From NCBI GenBank assembly GCA_003152165.1, contig PLZO01000043.1:5967-52421 (forward strand): a stretch of 46,455 nucleotides of DNA, written 5' to 3'. Source of the DNA: Chloroflexota bacterium (GTDB lineage Bacteria; Chloroflexota; Limnocylindria; Limnocylindrales; CSP1-4). Below the pieces are notes generated by a model. The model saw only the letters and a program-made list of their open reading frames with translations, did no database searches and was not told the origin of the DNA. How positions within the stretch are numbered: the first letter of the stretch is position 1; each line of letters opens with the position of its first letter. This document shows positions 29,305-37,688 of this stretch, piece by piece. The translations under genes and the position numbers were made by a program.

Positions 29305-32168
29305 GGGCGCAGACTCCTGATCCCGAGCTCGTCATCGATCCCGGTCCAGCGCAACTCGATCGCGTCGGGTCGGAGCAATCGACCACCGGCACCACGGAAG
29401 AGGGGACGTGCCCGCGCGAGACCGGGTGTCGCGGCAAACGTCGGCGGGATATCGATCCTGATCAGCTCGCGGCCCTGCGGCGAGATCTTACCCTGTCGGC
29501 TACCGGCGGACAGGGCCACGGTCCGCAGGACCGCTTCCCGGGCTAGGCCGGCGGGCAGCCGTCGGGTCCGGGCGAGGTCAAGGGCACTGGCGCCGATCCG
29601 CGGGTGGGCGGGGTCACCTTCGAGGATTGCGACCGTGATCGAGTCGGTCCCGAGTCTCGTCGCGATCGCGAACTCATCGTCGTCGCCCGGATGATGGTAG
29701 AAGGCGACCGGGTCGGGCAGTCGTGACCCGCCGGGCGCTGGTAGCCGGCGGATCGCGGCCAGGGTCATGGCGTCTTTGAGCATGGCCCGGCTCGCGCTGG
29801 CCCCATCGAGCCAGCGCCGCTGCCACGGGGGCGAGAGCCCGTCAGGGGGTCCGGTCTCCGCGTAGACGGCCTCGACGAGCGAGGATACGTCGTCCGGAAC
29901 GCGAAGGTAACCATCGCTCTCCGCGATTAGGTGCTCGAGCGCAAGGAGCGTCCGATCGAGGAGATGGGGGTCGTAGACCGCGGCGCTGCCCCGGTCGTGT
30001 CGGGGGAGCCCGTCGTCGCCCTGATCGGGTTGGACCACGAGTAGGGTGGGTTGCCGCAGCGATCGTGGACGCGACGCGTCGTTCCGCCGATTCCGCTGGA
30101 GTCGACCAGCTCGCTGGAGGAGGAGGTCGATCGGGGCGAGGTCGCTGAGCAGGAGGTCAAAGTCGAGGTCGAGCGACTGCTCGATGACCTGCGTCGCGAC
30201 GAGGACCGAGCCTCCATCTCGGGCGGCACTGCTGCCATAGCGCTTGACGCAGCGGCCCTCACGCTCGAGGCGAGCTGCGAGGGGGAAGCGTGCATGAAAG
30301 AGCTCGACAAGGGTCGGGTCGCCACGCTCGGCCGCGCGGGCTCGCAGGTTGCCAAAGATCGCCTGGGCACCGCTCACCGTGTTCGCGACAAGCCCCACCT
30401 TGCCCCCTTGACGGGCCGCGTCGAGCAGGTCGTCGATAAGGCTTTCGTCGCGACGCGGGTCGCCAGCCCAGACCACGCGGATCGTCCGCCGCGCCGCCCG
30501 GCTGACCTCGAGGGTCGCTGCCCCGCCCCCCGTCGCGGATGCCCAGCTGAGCCTCGGGTAGGCCGGAGCGCCCGAGCCATCGATCGTTGTTTGCGCATCT
30601 CCGCTGTCCAAACCCCCTGAGGTCGCGACCAGGCCCTGCATGAATGAGGCGAGGAGGGCTCGGCGGCGGGCGTCGGGCAGCGTGGCCGAAAGCACGATAA
30701 CGCTCGAGCCAGACGCCGCCAGGTACCCAAGCAGCTGCTCGATGAGCGCGAAAGAATAGGCATCGTAGGCATGAACCTCGTCGAGGATGACGACCTTCCC
30801 GGCGAGCCCGAGCAGCCGGACGAAGGCGTGCGGCGCCGCCAGGACCCCAATGAGAGCTTGGTCGACCGTGCCAACGCCAAACGGAGCGAGGAGCCCACGC
30901 TTGCGACGCGTGAACCAATCAGTCGCCACGACGGCACCGGCGAGTGGACGGTCGGACGAAGCCGCCTCGAGCTGGGCCGGCTCGAGATCGACGGTAGCCG
31001 CCTGCTCCCGACCGAGCTCGAGCAGCTCAGCAAAGTCGGCGTTGAGCTCCCGATTCGCATGGAGCAGCGCGAGCGCGACGAGCTCGGTCGGATATCGACG
31101 GGCAAGCCAGTCGCGCATGCGGCCAAGCATTTGGTTGCTTGTCGCCTGCGTCGGCAGGGCGAAATAGAGCCCGCGATAGCCGGACGCATTGGCCCACCGA
31201 TCGGCCAGGTGGAGGGCCGCCTCGGTCTTGCCCTCGCCGGTCGGAGCCTCGACAAGGGCTAGGGCCGGACCGGTCACGTTGAGTGACAGCTGCTCGACTG
31301 CGCTCTGAAGCGGTCGCGGCTCGAAACCGAAGCTCGACGAGAACGACACCGGTGCATGCCCGGGGTGCCAGCCGCTCCACTCGAGTCGAGAGAGCGCGGT
31401 CTGGGCCCGACTTCGTGCGCGCCGACCGTACCCGACCGGGTCCAGCGCTCCCGCATCGCCGGCGTACTTAAATACGGTCTCATCGGAGGCGATCCAGTCG
31501 CAAACCGAGACGATGCCCGCAAGTAGGAGGGCGCCGATCCACGAAATCCGGGTCGGGACTCCTTCCCCAAGACCAACGAACTCGGCGGTGTGTCCGATCA
31601 GCTCCGCGCGCGCATCCGCCCAGGTCGGTCCGCCTGCTTGCGCCGTCCCGCTGGGCGCCGTTCGGAAGGGGACCCCGTGATGACCTCCGATCACCGTAGC
31701 GATGACGACCGCCTGAGGGCGGCCGACACCGCGCTGCACGAGCTCCTCGACGAGGAACTGTCCAGTGAGCGCCCCGTGCGAGACGGTCGAGGAGCCGAAC
31801 CCGCGGCCTGGATCGTCGAGTTGGGCGGCAGACAAGCGGTCGCGGTGGTCGAGGACCCCGGGCAGCACGCGCCACTGAAATGCCGGGCTCGCCTTGCCCA
31901 GGTCGTGGAGGCCACAAAGGTAGGTCAGCCATGACCGCGTGCCACCGGGGGTCAGCCCGAGGTCAGCTGCGATCGCGCCAAGAACAGGCTCGGGGACGAC
32001 CCGGTCTACGAACGCCTCGGTTGTCGCCGCCGTGTCGAGCGCATGGCACAGCAACGGGTGAAACCCATGGCTGCCGTCCCCGACCTTGCCCCAGATTGCG
32101 CTGAGAGACGGGGACCCGCCTGCACTGTCTCGGATGTCCCATGCCCTCCCCGGGGTTCGGCGGGCCAA
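29301..32168 (-). CDS. cas3: Cas3 HD nuclease-helicase
   Basis: LLCHALD, LHDLGKASPAFQ and GHHG (HD domain); APTGEGKT, DEVH, SAT and QRAGRLQR (helicase). Confidence 0.96.
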   Translation of the reverse strand: MARRTPGRAWDIRDSAGGSPSLSAIWGKVGDGSHGFHPLLCHALDTAATTEAFVDRVVPEPVLGAIAADLGLTPGGTRSWLTYLCGLHDLGKASPAFQWRVLPGVLDHRDRLSAAQLDDPGRGFGSSTVSHGALTGQFLVEELVQRGVGRPQAVVIATVIGGHHGVPFRTAPSGTAQAGGPTWADARAELIGHTAEFVGLGEGVPTRISWIGALLLAGIVSVCDWIASDETVFKYAGDAGALDPVGYGRRARSRAQTALSRLEWSGWHPGHAPVSFSSSFGFEPRPLQSAVEQLSLNVTGPALALVEAPTGEGKTEAALHLADRWANASGYRGLYFALPTQATSNQMLGRMRDWLARRYPTELVALALLHANRELNADFAELLELGREQAATVDLEPAQLEAASSDRPLAGAVVATDWFTRRKRGLLAPFGVGTVDQALIGVLAAPHAFVRLLGLAGKVVILDEVHAYDAYSFALIEQLLGYLAASGSSVIVLSATLPDARRRALLASFMQGLVATSGGLDSGDAQTTIDGSGAPAYPRLSWASATGGGAATLEVSRAARRTIRVVWAGDPRRDESLIDDLLDAARQGGKVGLVANTVSGAQAIFGNLRARAAERGDPTLVELFHARFPLAARLEREGRCVKRYGSSAARDGGSVLVATQVIEQSLDLDFDLLLSDLAPIDLLLQRAGRLQRNRRNDASRPRSLRQPTLLVVQPDQGDDGLPRHDRGSAAVYDPHLLDRTLLALEHLIAESDGYLRVPDDVSSLVEAVYAETGPPDGLSPPWQRRWLDGASASRAMLKDAMTLAAIRRLPAPGGSRLPDPVAFYHHPGDDDEFAIATRLGTDSITVAILEGDPAHPRIGASALDLARTRRLPAGLAREAVLRTVALSAGSRQGKISPQGRELIRIDIPPTFAATPGLARARPLFRGAGGRLLRPDAIELRWTGIDDELGIRSLRP

Positions 32169-32237
32169 GAATTCCTAAGAAACACAGCCTAGTCCTGCTA
32201 GGGACCGGTCAAGGCACTGTTATCTCCTGACGAGCGA

Positions 32238-32273
32238 GGGGGTGCAACTCGGTGTCACTCCGGCAACTACCCC
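32238..32273 (-). repeat. Right TIR of element C
   Basis: Reverse complement GGGGTAGTTGCCGGAGTGACACCGAGTTGCACCCCC pairs with 12852-12887. Confidence 0.92.
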
Positions 32274-32287
32274 CCGCCGGCGTTGAC
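32274..32287. repeat. Target-site duplication copy 3 (host-side junction)
   Basis: CCGCCGGCGTTGAC; housekeeping genes begin 87 bp later. Confidence 0.9.
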
Positions 32288-32312
32288 GGGGGGGCGCGGA
32301 GGGCGGTACGAT
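32283..32312 (+). promoter_or_regulatory. Putative sigma70-type promoter of sufU, overlapping the TSD
   Basis: TTGACG-18 bp-TACGAT, ending about 60 bp upstream of the sufU ATG; motif match only. Confidence 0.4.
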
Positions 32313-32373
32313 CAATCCCGACAAGATCGCTCGGAATTGGCTCCCCGCGACGAGGCGCTACACTTCCGGACCA

Positions 32374-32823
32374 ATGGACGACCTGTACCGCGACTACATC
32401 CTCGAGCACTACCGCCGACCCCATAACTTCGGCGTGCTCGATGCACCCACGGCGACCTTCGAGGGCGCCAACCCACTATGCGGCGATCGGATCACGATGC
32501 AGCTGGGGATCCGTGACGGGGTCGTGGCCGAGATCGCCTTCACCGGCCGCGGCTGCGCGATCAGCCAGGCGAGCGCCTCGCTGTTGACCGACGAGATCAT
32601 GGGCATGCCCGTCGAGAAGGCCGAGGCATTCCGCGCCGACGATCTGCTCGAATTGCTCGGGATCGACATCAGCCCGGCCCGCCTGAAGTGCGCAATGCTC
32701 AGTCTTGAGACGCTCGAGCACGCCCTGGCCGAGACACCCGGCGCCAGCGACGCCGCCCTCGACGCCGCCCTCGACGCCGCGCCAGTCGAGGCCGCTGCGT
32801 CAACCGAACCAGCCAACTCATGA
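32374..32823 (+). CDS. sufU: SufU/IscU (NifU-N) family Fe-S/sulfur-transfer protein
   Basis: LYRDYILEHYRRPHNFG, NPLCGD, GCAISQASAS and ARLKCAML. Confidence 0.9.
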   Translation: MDDLYRDYILEHYRRPHNFGVLDAPTATFEGANPLCGDRITMQLGIRDGVVAEIAFTGRGCAISQASASLLTDEIMGMPVEKAEAFRADDLLELLGIDISPARLKCAMLSLETLEHALAETPGASDAALDAALDAAPVEAAASTEPANS

Positions 32824-32940
32824 TCCGCATCCTCGGCCCTTGCAGGTGTCTCACGCCGGCCTGAGGCCGGCCGCCGTCATCTGACCCGCCCTGGCACGCA
32901 GCCCGCGCCAGCCCGTCGTTTCCGGAGCAACTCCGACGTC

Positions 32941-34167
32941 ATGACCAAGTCCTATTCCGACATCCTGCGCGAAGCGCGCGCCGAAGTCCGCGAGGTGTCA
33001 GCCCTCGAAGTCGATCGTCAGCGCGAATCGAAGGCACCGCCGCTGCTCGTCGATGTCCGCGAGAGCCACGAGTGGGAGGCCGGTCACCTGCCCGGTGCCG
33101 TCCATGTTCCCCGCGGCCATCTCGAGAGCAAGATCGAGGGTGAGGCGCCCGACCGCTCACGACCGATCGTCACGTACTGCGCGTCCGGGATCCGCTCCGT
33201 CTTCGCCTCCCGAACCCTGGCCGAGATGGGCTACACGGACGTCGTATCGATGGCCGGCGGCTTCCAGGGCTGGAAGTCGCAGGGTCTGCCCTGGGAGACG
33301 CCCACGATCCTTTCGCCCGAGCAGAAAGTCCGCTACAGCCGCCACCTGCTGATCCCCGAAGTTGGGGCGCTAGGCCAGGCGAAGCTGCTCGAATCAAAGG
33401 TCCTCCTGGTCGGGGCGGGTGGCCTCGGCTCGCCGGCGGCGCTGTACCTGGCAGCCGCCGGGGTGGGCACGATCGGGATCATCGACTTCGACGTCGTTGA
33501 CCTTTCCAACCTCCAGCGCCAGATCATCCATACGACCGATCGGATCGGCGAGAAGAAGGTCGATTCGGCGCGCAAGTCGCTCCTGGCGCTCAACCCCGGG
33601 ATCAACGTGATTGGCCACGATGAGATGCTCGTCGCCGACAACGTCGAGCGGGTCATCTCGGGCTACGACGTGATTCTCGACGGGACGGACACGTTCGAGA
33701 CGCGCTACCTCCTGAACGATGCGGCCGTGATCGCCGGCATCCCGGTCGTCCACGCCAGCGTCTTCCGGTTCGAAGGCCAGCTCACGGTCTTCAAGCCGTT
33801 CGACGGTCCGTGCTACCGCTGCCTGTACCCCACGCCGCCGCCGCCCGAGCTGGCACCGGGTTGCTCGGTCGCCGGTGTCCTGGGCGTCGTGCCCGGGATC
33901 ATGGGTCTGCTCCAGACAAACGAGGTCCTCAAGCTGCTCCTGGGGATCGGCGAGACACTGGCCGGCCGGCTGCTCCTCTTCGATGCCCTCGAAGGCTCGT
34001 TCACCGAGCTCAAGCTCCGCCGCGATCCGGCCTGCCCCGTCTGCTCGGATAGCGCGGTCGCGGCCAGGACGGCCGGAGAACCGGTGCCCGTCCCTGTCGG
34101 CCAGGATGCCCCGTTCCTGCTGGGTGCGGCCATCGGGCCCGGCTCGATCAACCCGGCCGCACGATGA
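32941..34167 (+). CDS. moeB: MoeB/MoeZ-type sulfur-carrier adenylyltransferase with N-terminal rhodanese
   Basis: Rhodanese DVRE...GHLPGA...YCASGIRS; ThiF domain RYSRHL, GAGGLG, SNLQRQ, CYRC and CPVC. Confidence 0.92.
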   Translation: MTKSYSDILREARAEVREVSALEVDRQRESKAPPLLVDVRESHEWEAGHLPGAVHVPRGHLESKIEGEAPDRSRPIVTYCASGIRSVFASRTLAEMGYTDVVSMAGGFQGWKSQGLPWETPTILSPEQKVRYSRHLLIPEVGALGQAKLLESKVLLVGAGGLGSPAALYLAAAGVGTIGIIDFDVVDLSNLQRQIIHTTDRIGEKKVDSARKSLLALNPGINVIGHDEMLVADNVERVISGYDVILDGTDTFETRYLLNDAAVIAGIPVVHASVFRFEGQLTVFKPFDGPCYRCLYPTPPPPELAPGCSVAGVLGVVPGIMGLLQTNEVLKLLLGIGETLAGRLLLFDALEGSFTELKLRRDPACPVCSDSAVAARTAGEPVPVPVGQDAPFLLGAAIGPGSINPAAR

Positions 34168-34499
34168 GCACGGTCTGGATCCCACCGGTCCTGCGCGCCG
34201 CGGCCGGTGGCGCCAAGCAGCTCGACCTCGACGGGGCCACGGTGGGTGAGGTGATCGATGCCCTGATCAGCGCTCATCCGTCGCTCGGATCCCAGATCCG
34301 GACACCGGACGGCGCGCTCAATCGCTTCGTCAACGTCTACGTCAACGGACAGGACATCCGCTACCTCGGCGGCGAGTCCACTGCGGTGGCGACCGCCGAC
34401 GAGGTGCGCCTCCTGCCGGCCATGGCCGGCGGCGCGCTGGGCGGTTCGGCCGGCGGCCCGGCCGCAGGATCCCGGGCCACGGTCCGATGGTCACACTGA
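34164..34499 (+). CDS. cysO: MoaD/ThiS-family ubiquitin-like sulfur carrier (CysO-like)
   Basis: FVNVYVNGQDIRYL...LPAMAGG followed by a 21-aa extension; operon context. Confidence 0.8.
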   Translation: MSTVWIPPVLRAAAGGAKQLDLDGATVGEVIDALISAHPSLGSQIRTPDGALNRFVNVYVNGQDIRYLGGESTAVATADEVRLLPAMAGGALGGSAGGPAAGSRATVRWSH

Positions 34500-35497
34500 G
34501 CGAAGCCGCGTCGGGACACGAGCACGTCCATGCCCACGAGGCGCTGAGCCCGCACGGCGGTCGTTACGACAGCATCCTCGACGCGATCGGCCACACCCCG
34601 CTCGTCGAGATCCCCCGGATGTCGCCGAACCCCCGCGTCCGGATCTTCGCCAAGCTCGAAATGATGAACCCGACCGGCTCGGTCAAGGATCGAGTCGCCC
34701 GAGCGCTCATCGCGGATCTCGAGGAGTCCGGTCGGCTGAGGACCGATTCGATCATCCTCGAGCCGACCTCGGGCAATACCGGCATCGCCCTGGCGATGAT
34801 CGGTCGGCGCAAGGGTTACCGCGTCGCCCTGGTCATGCCCGACAACGTCACCCAGGAGCGGCGCCAGCTGGCCGCCCTGTTCGGTGCCGAGGTGATCGAC
34901 TCACCTGGCCGGCTGGGTAGCAACGGGGCGATTGCCCTGGCCAAGCATCTCGTGGCCAAGGACCCGCGCTTCGTCATGCCCTACCAGTACGGCAATCCGG
35001 CCAACCCCCGCGCCCATGAGCTCACGACTGGCCCCGAGATCCTGGCCGACTGCCCCGAGATCGATGTGTTCGTGGCGGGCCTCGGCACGGGCGGCACGCT
35101 GATGGGCGTGGCCCGCTTCTTCCAGCGGGCCAAGCCGGGCGTCCGGATCGTGGCCGCCGAGCCGCTGCCGGGCGAAAACGTCCAGGGCCTGCGCTCGCTC
35201 GCTGACGGATTCATCCCCGAGATCCTCGACCCGAGCCTGCTCGACGCGAAATACCTCGTCAGCAACCGCGATGCGATCGCTGCATTGCGCGACCTCGTCG
35301 ATCGCGAGGGGATCTTCGCCGGACCGTCGTGTGGCGCGGTCCTCGTCGCGGCGGCGCGGGAGGCGCAGACCATGACCAGCGGAACGATCGTCGCGCTCTT
35401 GCCCGACGGCGGCTGGAAGTACCTCTCGGCGGGCACGTTCAATCGGGACCTCGATGAGATGGACGCCGATCTCGAAGGCGGCGTGAACTGGTGGTAG
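34487..35497 (+). CDS. cysM: PLP-dependent cysteine synthase (CysM, sulfur-carrier dependent type)
   Basis: IGHTPLV, NPTGSVKDR, PTSGNTG, GLGTGGT and DGGWKYLS. Confidence 0.9.
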   Translation: MVTLSEAASGHEHVHAHEALSPHGGRYDSILDAIGHTPLVEIPRMSPNPRVRIFAKLEMMNPTGSVKDRVARALIADLEESGRLRTDSIILEPTSGNTGIALAMIGRRKGYRVALVMPDNVTQERRQLAALFGAEVIDSPGRLGSNGAIALAKHLVAKDPRFVMPYQYGNPANPRAHELTTGPEILADCPEIDVFVAGLGTGGTLMGVARFFQRAKPGVRIVAAEPLPGENVQGLRSLADGFIPEILDPSLLDAKYLVSNRDAIAALRDLVDREGIFAGPSCGAVLVAAAREAQTMTSGTIVALLPDGGWKYLSAGTFNRDLDEMDADLEGGVNWW

Positions 35498-35943
35498 CCC
35501 ATCCCGGGCCGGCCACGGCGGAGCTGCTTCCGGAGATCCGGGCGGGAATCATCGAGCAGGCCCGGCGCGAATACCCGAACGAGGCCTGTGGGCTGATTGT
35601 CGGCTCGGGTCTCGCGGCCGGCGGCGGCCGCCCGTTGCGTTTCGTCCCGACCCGCAACGCGGCCGGCTCGCCTTATCGCTACGAGATCGATTCGGGCGAG
35701 CTGTTCACCGTGACGTTCGAGGCCGATGCCAACGACGAGGAAGTCTGGGGGATCGTCCATTCCCATACGCATACCCCAGCGCAACCGTCGCCGACCGACA
35801 TCAGCCTGGCGTTCTACCCGGACGCGCTCTACGTCCTTGTCTCACTGGGCGCATCCGAGGCGGACGCGGGAACCGGCGAACCCGGCATCCGGGCCTGGCG
35901 GATCGTCGCCGGCGAGGTCTTCGAGGTCGCGCTGATCGGGTGA
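35491..35943 (+). CDS. mec: JAMM/MPN+ (M67) metallopeptidase, Mec-like
   Basis: YPNEACGL and HSHTHTPAQPSPTD (JAMM motif). Confidence 0.88.
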   Translation: MVAHPGPATAELLPEIRAGIIEQARREYPNEACGLIVGSGLAAGGGRPLRFVPTRNAAGSPYRYEIDSGELFTVTFEADANDEEVWGIVHSHTHTPAQPSPTDISLAFYPDALYVLVSLGASEADAGTGEPGIRAWRIVAGEVFEVALIG

Positions 35944-36344
35944 GCAGCGCGCGTCTCTATTGGCCGCTCGGCCTCGGGCTGGCTGCGCTCGTTGCCGGGA
36001 CCGCCTTCGGCTGGAATGCCGGCCTGCTCAACACCCTCGTCACGCCGCCGGCCATCGTGCGTGCGGCGCTCGTCGGCGCCGGTGCCTGGCTTGGCCTCGA
36101 GATGCTCCGTCGCGCCCTGATCGGGCTGACCACCGGTGATGACATGCGAACGGCCGTCCGTGCCATCCGGTTCGTGTTCCTGGCGGTCGCAGCATTCGCC
36201 GCCGGTGCTGGCTGGCTGCTGGCGAACCCGCTGCCGCTCATCGTGGCCCTCGTGATCGCGGGCGTCGACGTGGTCGAGACGTCGTTCCTGCTGATCGTGG
36301 TCGGGGCTCGCCGGATCGCCGACCCGGGCGAGCCCACGGAGTAG
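35940..36344 (+). CDS. Small integral membrane protein
   Basis: About four hydrophobic segments; GTGA-coupled to mec. Confidence 0.65.
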   Translation: MSSARLYWPLGLGLAALVAGTAFGWNAGLLNTLVTPPAIVRAALVGAGAWLGLEMLRRALIGLTTGDDMRTAVRAIRFVFLAVAAFAAGAGWLLANPLPLIVALVIAGVDVVETSFLLIVVGARRIADPGEPTE

Positions 36345-36356
36345 CCAGAACCGGCC

Positions 36357-37313
36357 TCAGGATCGAGACGCGGCGACCTGCCCAGGTGCGGCCTGGCTCG
36401 CCGTTTCGGTGGCCGCATCGACTCGCCCGCGGACGACGAGGACCGAGCACGGGGCGTGGAGCATGACGCTGCGCGCCGTTCCGCCGAGAGCGATCCGGGC
36501 CAAACCGGTATGCCCGCGTGTGCCGATCACGACCAGGTCGCCCTGGTGCTCGACCGCCGCCTCGACGATCGCGCTGGCCGGTGAGCCGTCGCGCACGTCG
36601 ATCGTCACGTCTCGGCCCGCTTCGGTCAGTGTTTGGGCCGCTCGCGTTGCCATCTCTAGGGTCTGCGCTCGGGCAATCTCGGCCGACTCGATGTAGGACT
36701 TCAGGACCTGCTCGTAGAGGCCCAGCTGAACCTCCATCGTGACCGGGATGCCGACGTCGGCCACGCTGACGACGGTGATCGGAAGGTGATTGAAGATGGG
36801 CCAGCGGGCGACGGCCTCGGTTGCCTGGCGGCTGGACTCCGACCCATCCGCGGCGAGCAGCACATTCCTCAGGTTCGGCTCACGGACGACGAGAACCGGG
36901 CAAGGTGCGTGCTCGAGAACCGCGGTCGAGGTAGATCCAAGGAACATCGATTTGACAGCCCCGTGACCCCGGTGGCCGACGACGACCAGGTCGGCTTCGA
37001 AGTCGCGGGCCTCGTCGATGATCGCCTTGGCCGGCTCCCCGTGAAGGAGCACGGAATCAACGTGGGCGTGACCGGCAGTCTCGAGCGCCTGCGAGGCGGT
37101 TTCGAGCGCCGTCATCAGGTGCGCTCGCTGGCCCTCAGGTCCGTGCGTCGAGCCAGGAAGGTCTGCGTGCCAGTCGATTCCTCCGGCCGGCGGAACGTGG
37201 TCGAGGACCGCGATCACCCGGATGTCCGTCTCCGCGGGTAGGTTCAGCTTGGCGACGAGGGCGCGGGCGCGATCCGATGTGATCGATCCGTCAATGGCCA
37301 ACAAAATGCGCAT
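36357..37313 (-). CDS. Tandem-domain universal stress protein
   Basis: MRILLAIDGS, VVGHRG...LGSTS...APCPVLVV, and a second USP domain. Confidence 0.92.
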   Translation of the reverse strand: MRILLAIDGSITSDRARALVAKLNLPAETDIRVIAVLDHVPPAGGIDWHADLPGSTHGPEGQRAHLMTALETASQALETAGHAHVDSVLLHGEPAKAIIDEARDFEADLVVVGHRGHGAVKSMFLGSTSTAVLEHAPCPVLVVREPNLRNVLLAADGSESSRQATEAVARWPIFNHLPITVVSVADVGIPVTMEVQLGLYEQVLKSYIESAEIARAQTLEMATRAAQTLTEAGRDVTIDVRDGSPASAIVEAAVEHQGDLVVIGTRGHTGLARIALGGTARSVMLHAPCSVLVVRGRVDAATETASQAAPGQVAASRS

Positions 37314-37420
37314 CGCGCACCTCCTGCGATTGACCTGATTGTGGGCCCGAACGCACGCCGGCCGAAGGGCCGAACGGCCTCAAACGGGCAGGCCATTCGG
37401 GTGGCCGCCGAGCACCCAGC

Positions 37421-37460
37421 CGCCGGGCTTTGCGCCGGGTCGCCGGGCTTTGCGCCGGGC
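37421..37460. repeat. 20-bp tandem repeat, two copies (intergenic)
   Basis: CGCCGGGCTTTGCGCCGGGY twice. Confidence 0.8.
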
Positions 37461-37632
37461 CGCGGCGTTTGCCAGCGACGATTGCGTTTGGTGCTTTCCA
37501 CGCGACAAACCAGCACGTTTCGAGCCGGTCGGCGACCCGGACGGGCGAGAGCCATGCGTACTCACCCCGCTCCGTGCACGGCTCGGGATATCTTTCGACG
37601 TCACGGCGGACCGCGGACCAGGCAAGACCTGA

Positions 37633-37670
37633 CGCACCAAACGCACCACACGCACCAAACGCACCAAACC
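37633..37670. repeat. 9-bp tandem repeat, about four copies (intergenic)
   Basis: CGCACCAAA/CGCACCACA units. Confidence 0.8.
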
Positions 37671-37688
37671 CTGGGGTTCCAGTGGGCC

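Larger units (their letters stand above)
12852..32273. mobile_element. Casposon (element C, 19.4 kb) carrying a type I-E CRISPR-Cas interference module
   Basis: Stand-alone Cas1, family B polymerase and HTH/HNH-like genes inside 36-bp TIRs and 14-bp TSDs, which are the defining casposon hallmarks. Confidence 0.92.

Noticed and set aside
23196-32168. RNA-guided transposition (CAST-like) by Cascade plus casposase
   Set aside because: Cas3 has intact HD and helicase motifs, there is no TniQ/TnsC, no spacer visibly matches the target site, and element B, which has no CRISPR genes, occupies the same site.
32748-32780. 12-bp tandem repeat at the 3' end of sufU
   Set aside because: It only encodes a low-complexity DAAL tail.
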